From an archaeon (GTDB taxonomy: Archaea; Iainarchaeota; Iainarchaeia; Iainarchaeales; 1-14-0-10-31-34): 32,000 nt of DNA. Of this stretch, positions 27,754 to 32,000 are shown piece after piece. Within the stretch, counting starts at the first letter, position 1. Each line of letters starts with the position of its first letter. The notes under the pieces were generated by a model that saw only the letters and a program-made list of their open reading frames with translations, did not search any database and was not told the origin of the DNA. The stretch lies in the NCBI GenBank assembly GCA_024277355.1, contig JAJRVL010000002.1, forward strand, positions 72,434-104,433, written 5' to 3'. Position numbers and translations under genes: made by a program.

Positions 27754-28791
27754 TTAGTCTCTAAACCTTAAAACAGCAATTATTCCTCCAAAACCGTTTA
27801 AGTATTCTCCTGCTTCGTGTTCTGAAGAAAAAATCATTACTTTTCCTTTGAAGTTTTCTGTTTTTTCAATTAATTTCTGTATTTTTTCTCTGTCTTCAAA
27901 AAACTTTTTATCTGAAACAATTAATTCTTCTACACTTCCTTTTTCAATTGCTTTAAGTATTTCTTTTTCGCCGTATTCAATTAAAGAATTTTCTTTTCTT
28001 GCTTCTTTCATTATTTCTTCCATTTTTTTGTTTTCTTTTATTAATAAACTTTCCCGCAGTATTTTTTCCATTGTTCCTTTTTTTATTATTTCATGTAATC
28101 CTGTTTTGCCTGTTGAATTAAGGTTTTCAAATACAGAATTTATTTTTGCATTTTTTTCTTTAAGGAATTTCTCAAAATCATTTTTTGTAAACCCCGGTCC
28201 TGCAATAATTACTTTTTCTTTTTTTTCTTCTGTAATTTTTTTTAGTATTTCTTCAAAATACTTGTTTTCTTTTGTTTTTTCTTCTTTGAATCTTTTTCCT
28301 TGTTTTCCTGATTTAATTGTTGTTTTAATTTTTATTCCTTTTTCACTTGCTTCTCCTATTGTGGCTTCTTCATCATCTATTACAATCAATAAAATTGAAT
28401 TTCTTCCGGTGTTTTTAACTGCTTTTTCTATTATTTCTTTTTGAAACTGTTTTATTTGATTTTTTTTTATTTTAATGATGTTTTTTAATCCTATTTCAAT
28501 TGAATGAAATGCATTTGCTTCAAAAAATTCTTCTGGTTTCATTGACTGCATTGGCCCTGAAACTCTTAAAGTATAAGTGCTTTCATGGAATTCAATTTTT
28601 TCTGCTTTAATTTCAACAAAAACAATAATTTTTTCTGCTTTTCTTCCTTCTTCTCCTTTAATTTTTCTTTCAGATTTACCGCTAACTAAATCTCCTTGTT
28701 CTAATATTCTTTCTAAATACCATAAATCATCTGTTGTTTCAGGCATTAATTCCAGATAATTGTTTTTTAAGTCCATTTTAATTTTTTTCAT
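27754..28791 (-). CDS. pelA: Pelota/Dom34 ribosome-rescue factor
   Basis: MKKIKMDLKNNYLELMPETTDDLWYLERILEQGDLVSGKSERKI...VFVEIKAEKIEFHESTYTLRVSGP...KVIIAGPGFTKNDF. Confidence 0.95.
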   Translation of the reverse strand: MKKIKMDLKNNYLELMPETTDDLWYLERILEQGDLVSGKSERKIKGEEGRKAEKIIVFVEIKAEKIEFHESTYTLRVSGPMQSMKPEEFFEANAFHSIEIGLKNIIKIKKNQIKQFQKEIIEKAVKNTGRNSILLIVIDDEEATIGEASEKGIKIKTTIKSGKQGKRFKEEKTKENKYFEEILKKITEEKKEKVIIAGPGFTKNDFEKFLKEKNAKINSVFENLNSTGKTGLHEIIKKGTMEKILRESLLIKENKKMEEIMKEARKENSLIEYGEKEILKAIEKGSVEELIVSDKKFFEDREKIQKLIEKTENFKGKVMIFSSEHEAGEYLNGFGGIIAVLRFRD

Positions 28792-28843
28792 ATAAACTTC
28801 CTGCTTAAAATTCTTTTTAATTCTTTTTAATCCTGTTATTATA

Positions 28844-30616
28844 ATGGCTTCAAAGAAAAGAATTGCAGTAATTGATTATGATAAATGCCAGCCAAATGAA
28901 TGCGGGAACTTTTTATGCATTAGAATGTGTCCTGTAAACAGAAATAATAAAGAATGCATAATTCAAAATAAAGAAAAAGAATTACCTGAAATTTCAGAAG
29001 AATTATGTATTGGCTGTAATATTTGTGTTGTTAAATGCCCTTTTAATGCAATTTCAATTGTAAATAAACCTTCTGAATTAGATTTTCCTATTCATCAGTT
29101 TGGAAAAAATGCTTTTAGAATTTACAATCTTCCTTTTCCTAAAGAATCATCTGTTATTGGTTTAATTGGAAGAAATGGAATTGGAAAATCCACTGTTTTA
29201 AAAATTTTATCAAAAGAAATTACTCCTAATTTAGGTAATTTAAAAGAAAAACCTTCAATTGAAAAAGTTATTGAAAAATTTAAAGGAAAAGAATTAATGA
29301 ATTTTTTTAATAAAGTAAAAGAAAACCCAAAACTTTCATTAAAACCGCAAAGAATTGAATTATTGCCTAAAAAAGTTAAAGGAAAAGTAATTGACTTATT
29401 AAAAAAAATTGATGAAAGAAAAAAATTAAATGAATTAACTGAATTACTTGATTTAAATGAAATTATGGATAAAAACATTGAAACTCTTTCAGGAGGAGAA
29501 CTTCAAAGAATTGCTATTGCAGCTGCTTCAATGAAACAGGCAGATTATTATTTTTTTGATGAACCTTCTTCTTTTTTAGACATAAAACAAAGACTTAAAA
29601 TGGCTAAAGCAGTTAATTCTCTTTCTGAGTCAGCTAAAAGTGTTATGTTAATTGAACATGATTTAGCTTTACTGGATTACTTAAGTGAATACATTCATAT
29701 TTTTTATGGTTCTCCCGGAGTTTATGGAGTTGTCAGTTCAGTTAAAAGCTCTAAAAATGGAATAAATGAATTTTTAAATGGTTTTTTGAAGGATGAAAAC
29801 ATTAAGTTTAGAGAAAAAGAATTAAGTTTTGAAGTAAAGCCTCCTTCTCAAAGTGTTAAAACAAAGACTGTTTTTGAATATCCTGAAATCAAAAAAAAGT
29901 TTTCAGGTTTTGAATTAACTATTAGTGCAGGAAATTTAAGACAAGGAGAAGTAATAGGGATAATTGGAGGAAATGCTTTAGGCAAAACAACTTTTGCCAG
30001 AATTCTTGCCGGAGAAGTAAAACCGGACAACACTAAATTAAATTTTAATTTGAAAGTTTCTTTTAAACCGCAGCAATTAACTTCAGAAAAAATGACTGTA
30101 AATGAATTATTTTCTTTACCTGAAGTAAATAAAGAAGTATTTAATTCTGAATTCAGAAAAAAACTTGCAATTGAATCATTAATGGAAATGCAGTTAGAAA
30201 ACTTAAGCGGCGGAGAATTACAAAAAGTTGCAGTGGCTTTTTGTTTAAGCAAAGAAGCAGATATTTATTTATTAGATGAACCTTCTGCTTTTGTTGACAT
30301 AGAAGACAGATTAAAAATAGCTGAAGTAATCAGAAGCATAATAGAAAAAAAAGGAAAAACTGCTTTAGTAATTGATCATGACGTATTGTTTATTGATTAT
30401 ATTTCTGACAGGTTAATTGTTTTTGAAGGAACTCCTTCTGTTTCAGGTAAAGGAAATATTCCTTCTGAAATGCATGAAGGAATGAATTTATTTCTTGAAA
30501 AAATGAATATTTCTATGCGAAGAGATCCTGAAACCGGACGACCAAGAGTAAACAAGCTTAATTCAATTAAAGACAAAGAACAAAAACAAAAAAATGAATA
30601 CTATTATTCAGTTTGA
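28844..30616 (+). CDS. abcE1: ABCE1/RLI ribosome-recycling ATPase with N-terminal Fe-S domain
   Basis: Ferredoxin-like ELCIGCNICVVKCPFNAI; two ABC domains GRNGIGKST / GGNALGKTT, LSGGELQR(I/K)(A/V)IA-like signatures, FFDEPSSFLDIKQR / LLDEPSAFVDIEDR. Confidence 0.97.
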   Translation: MASKKRIAVIDYDKCQPNECGNFLCIRMCPVNRNNKECIIQNKEKELPEISEELCIGCNICVVKCPFNAISIVNKPSELDFPIHQFGKNAFRIYNLPFPKESSVIGLIGRNGIGKSTVLKILSKEITPNLGNLKEKPSIEKVIEKFKGKELMNFFNKVKENPKLSLKPQRIELLPKKVKGKVIDLLKKIDERKKLNELTELLDLNEIMDKNIETLSGGELQRIAIAAASMKQADYYFFDEPSSFLDIKQRLKMAKAVNSLSESAKSVMLIEHDLALLDYLSEYIHIFYGSPGVYGVVSSVKSSKNGINEFLNGFLKDENIKFREKELSFEVKPPSQSVKTKTVFEYPEIKKKFSGFELTISAGNLRQGEVIGIIGGNALGKTTFARILAGEVKPDNTKLNFNLKVSFKPQQLTSEKMTVNELFSLPEVNKEVFNSEFRKKLAIESLMEMQLENLSGGELQKVAVAFCLSKEADIYLLDEPSAFVDIEDRLKIAEVIRSIIEKKGKTALVIDHDVLFIDYISDRLIVFEGTPSVSGKGNIPSEMHEGMNLFLEKMNISMRRDPETGRPRVNKLNSIKDKEQKQKNEYYYSV

Positions 30617-30620
30617 TATT

Positions 30621-31220
30621 ATGAAAAAATTAAGTCAAAACATGCAGAAATACAAAAGCAAAAACCCTGTTGTAATTTGGTTTTTAAATAATTTTTACAG
30701 TGAATTAAACTTAATTTTAAATGATTTAGAAAAACCTAAATTAGTTCTTGATGCAGCCTGCGGAGAAGGATTTACAATTCAAAAACTAAAAAATCAATTT
30801 AAATCATCAGAAATATTTGGAGTAGATAAATCTGAAAATGCCTTAAAAACAGCAAAAAGTATTGCTCCTGAAATGACTATAAAAAAAGGATTAATTGAAG
30901 AGATTCCTTTTAAAGCAGATTCTTTTGATTTAGTTTTGGCTTTGGAAATCCTTGAACATTTATCTGAACCAAAAAAAGGACTAAAAGAATTAAACAGAGT
31001 AACTAAAAAATACTGTGTTATAAGTGTTCCAAATGAACCTTGGTTTAGTTGGTGTAATGTGTTGAGACTGAAGAATATTTCAAGAATCGGAAAAAATAAG
31101 GAGCATCTTAATTTCTGGAATAAAAACGAAAGTATTGCTTTAATCAGCAGGTTTTTTGAAATAAAAAAAGTTGCAACCCCTTTTCCTTGGGTAATGCTTT
31201 TATGTGAAAAAAAACAATAG
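30621..31220 (+). CDS. SAM-dependent methyltransferase
   Basis: LVLDAACGEGFTIQKLK...IFGVDKSENALK...DLVLALEILEHLSEPKKGLKELNRV. Track start 30594 overlaps abcE1; ATG 30621 follows its stop. Confidence 0.85.
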   Translation: MKKLSQNMQKYKSKNPVVIWFLNNFYSELNLILNDLEKPKLVLDAACGEGFTIQKLKNQFKSSEIFGVDKSENALKTAKSIAPEMTIKKGLIEEIPFKADSFDLVLALEILEHLSEPKKGLKELNRVTKKYCVISVPNEPWFSWCNVLRLKNISRIGKNKEHLNFWNKNESIALISRFFEIKKVATPFPWVMLLCEKKQ

Positions 31221-31294
31221 TTCTTTTTAATTTTTTTTTCTCTTTTTGCTTTATTTTAAATAGTTTTTGAAGCAATTGTTTCTTTTGGAGAACT

Positions 31295-31846
31295 ATGAAC
31301 GATGGCGTATTATCTGTTTTTCTTGAAAAACAAAGACTGAAGAAAGTTTTTCCTTATATTAATGGAACTGTTTTGGATTTAGGTTGCGGTAATGCTAATA
31401 GTTTATCTCATGTTTCAGAAAATTATGTTGGAGTAGATATAGACCAGAATAAAATAGATTTTTTATCAAAAAAATTTCCTAAATTTACTTTTATTGTTTT
31501 GGATTTGAATAATGAAGAAATATGTTTTGATGTAAAACCAAATACTGTTTTAATGCTGGCTGTTTTTGAGCATTTAAAGAATCCAAATAAAGTTTTAAGC
31601 AATTTAAAGAAAATAATGAATAAAAAATCAGTGTTAGTTATTACTTCTCCTTCAAAGTTTGGAGGATTAATTCATGATTTAGGATCTAAAATTGGTTTAT
31701 TTAATTCTGAGGCGGCAAAAGAACATGAAAAATTTTATTCAATTAATGAAGTTAAATTAATTTTAGAAAGAAATGGTTTTATAGTTAAAAAAGCTTTAAA
31801 ATTTCAGTTTGGTTTAAACCAGTTTTTTTTAGCTGAACTAAAATGA
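31295..31846 (+). CDS. SAM-dependent methyltransferase
   Basis: VLDLGCGNANSLSHV...YVGVDIDQNKIDFL...VLMLAVFEHLKNPNKVLSNLKKIM. Confidence 0.85.
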   Translation: MNDGVLSVFLEKQRLKKVFPYINGTVLDLGCGNANSLSHVSENYVGVDIDQNKIDFLSKKFPKFTFIVLDLNNEEICFDVKPNTVLMLAVFEHLKNPNKVLSNLKKIMNKKSVLVITSPSKFGGLIHDLGSKIGLFNSEAAKEHEKFYSINEVKLILERNGFIVKKALKFQFGLNQFFLAELK

Positions 31847-31920
31847 TTTTTTTTTCTCATCATTATTTTTAAGTTAAACTGATATAATTAATACAATACT
31901 TAAATAAAAAAAGTGGTATT

Positions 31921-32000
31921 TTGTTTGAATTTATAGCTTTTCTGATAACTTTAACAATTCCTGGTTATTTGTTGGTTGAAAAGCATTTTTTTGGTTTGGA
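31921..32000 (+). CDS. Partial CDS, N-terminus of a probable membrane protein running off the window
   Basis: Frame reads LFEFIAFLITLTIPGYLLVEKHFFGL after an ACTTAAATAAA promoter-like box; probable TTG start. Confidence 0.4.
   Translation, partial: MFEFIAFLITLTIPGYLLVEKHFFGL

Noticed and set aside
27848-28759. + strand ORFs 27848-28444 and 28577-28759
   Set aside because: Antisense to pelA; hydrophobic low-complexity translation.
29122-30252. - strand ORFs 29122-29478 and 29848-30252
   Set aside because: Antisense to abcE1, which is a full-length, convincing gene.

Overview
AT-rich chromosomal window from an archaeon. The marker set is archaeal: RpoK, S17e, aEF-1beta, archaeal CCA-adding enzyme, Taw3, Pelota, ABCE1, Pth2, NurA/HerA/Rad50. 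Very AT-rich coding and apparently leaderless genes suggest a DPANN-like lineage, which is inference only. Most of the window is ordinary core genes. The best candidate for something undescribed is at 6405-10660. Three paralogous, very basic, HTH-like ORFs are interleaved with the DSB-end-resection genes nurA and herA. Two of them are transcribed divergently from nurA and herA across intergenic regions of equal length (86 bp) that share an identical 18-bp element (TAAATTTCACTGGCGTTT) at nearly the same position. This looks like a duplicated bidirectional promoter/operator unit. Second, rad50 (15170-17547) and a metallophosphoesterase gene (21992-22632) are each split by one -1 shift. In both cases the split coincides with an in-frame canonical -1 slippery heptamer (A_AAA_AAG and A_AAU_UUA), although homopolymer sequencing error is the simplest alternative. 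Other observations: a decayed gene-duplicate tail, an orphan 493-aa protein in the repair neighbourhood, bacterial-type PanD, two small zinc-ribbon ORFs missing from the supplied ORF track, and a tRNA-Arg(TCG). No CRISPR array, rRNA or transposase was seen.
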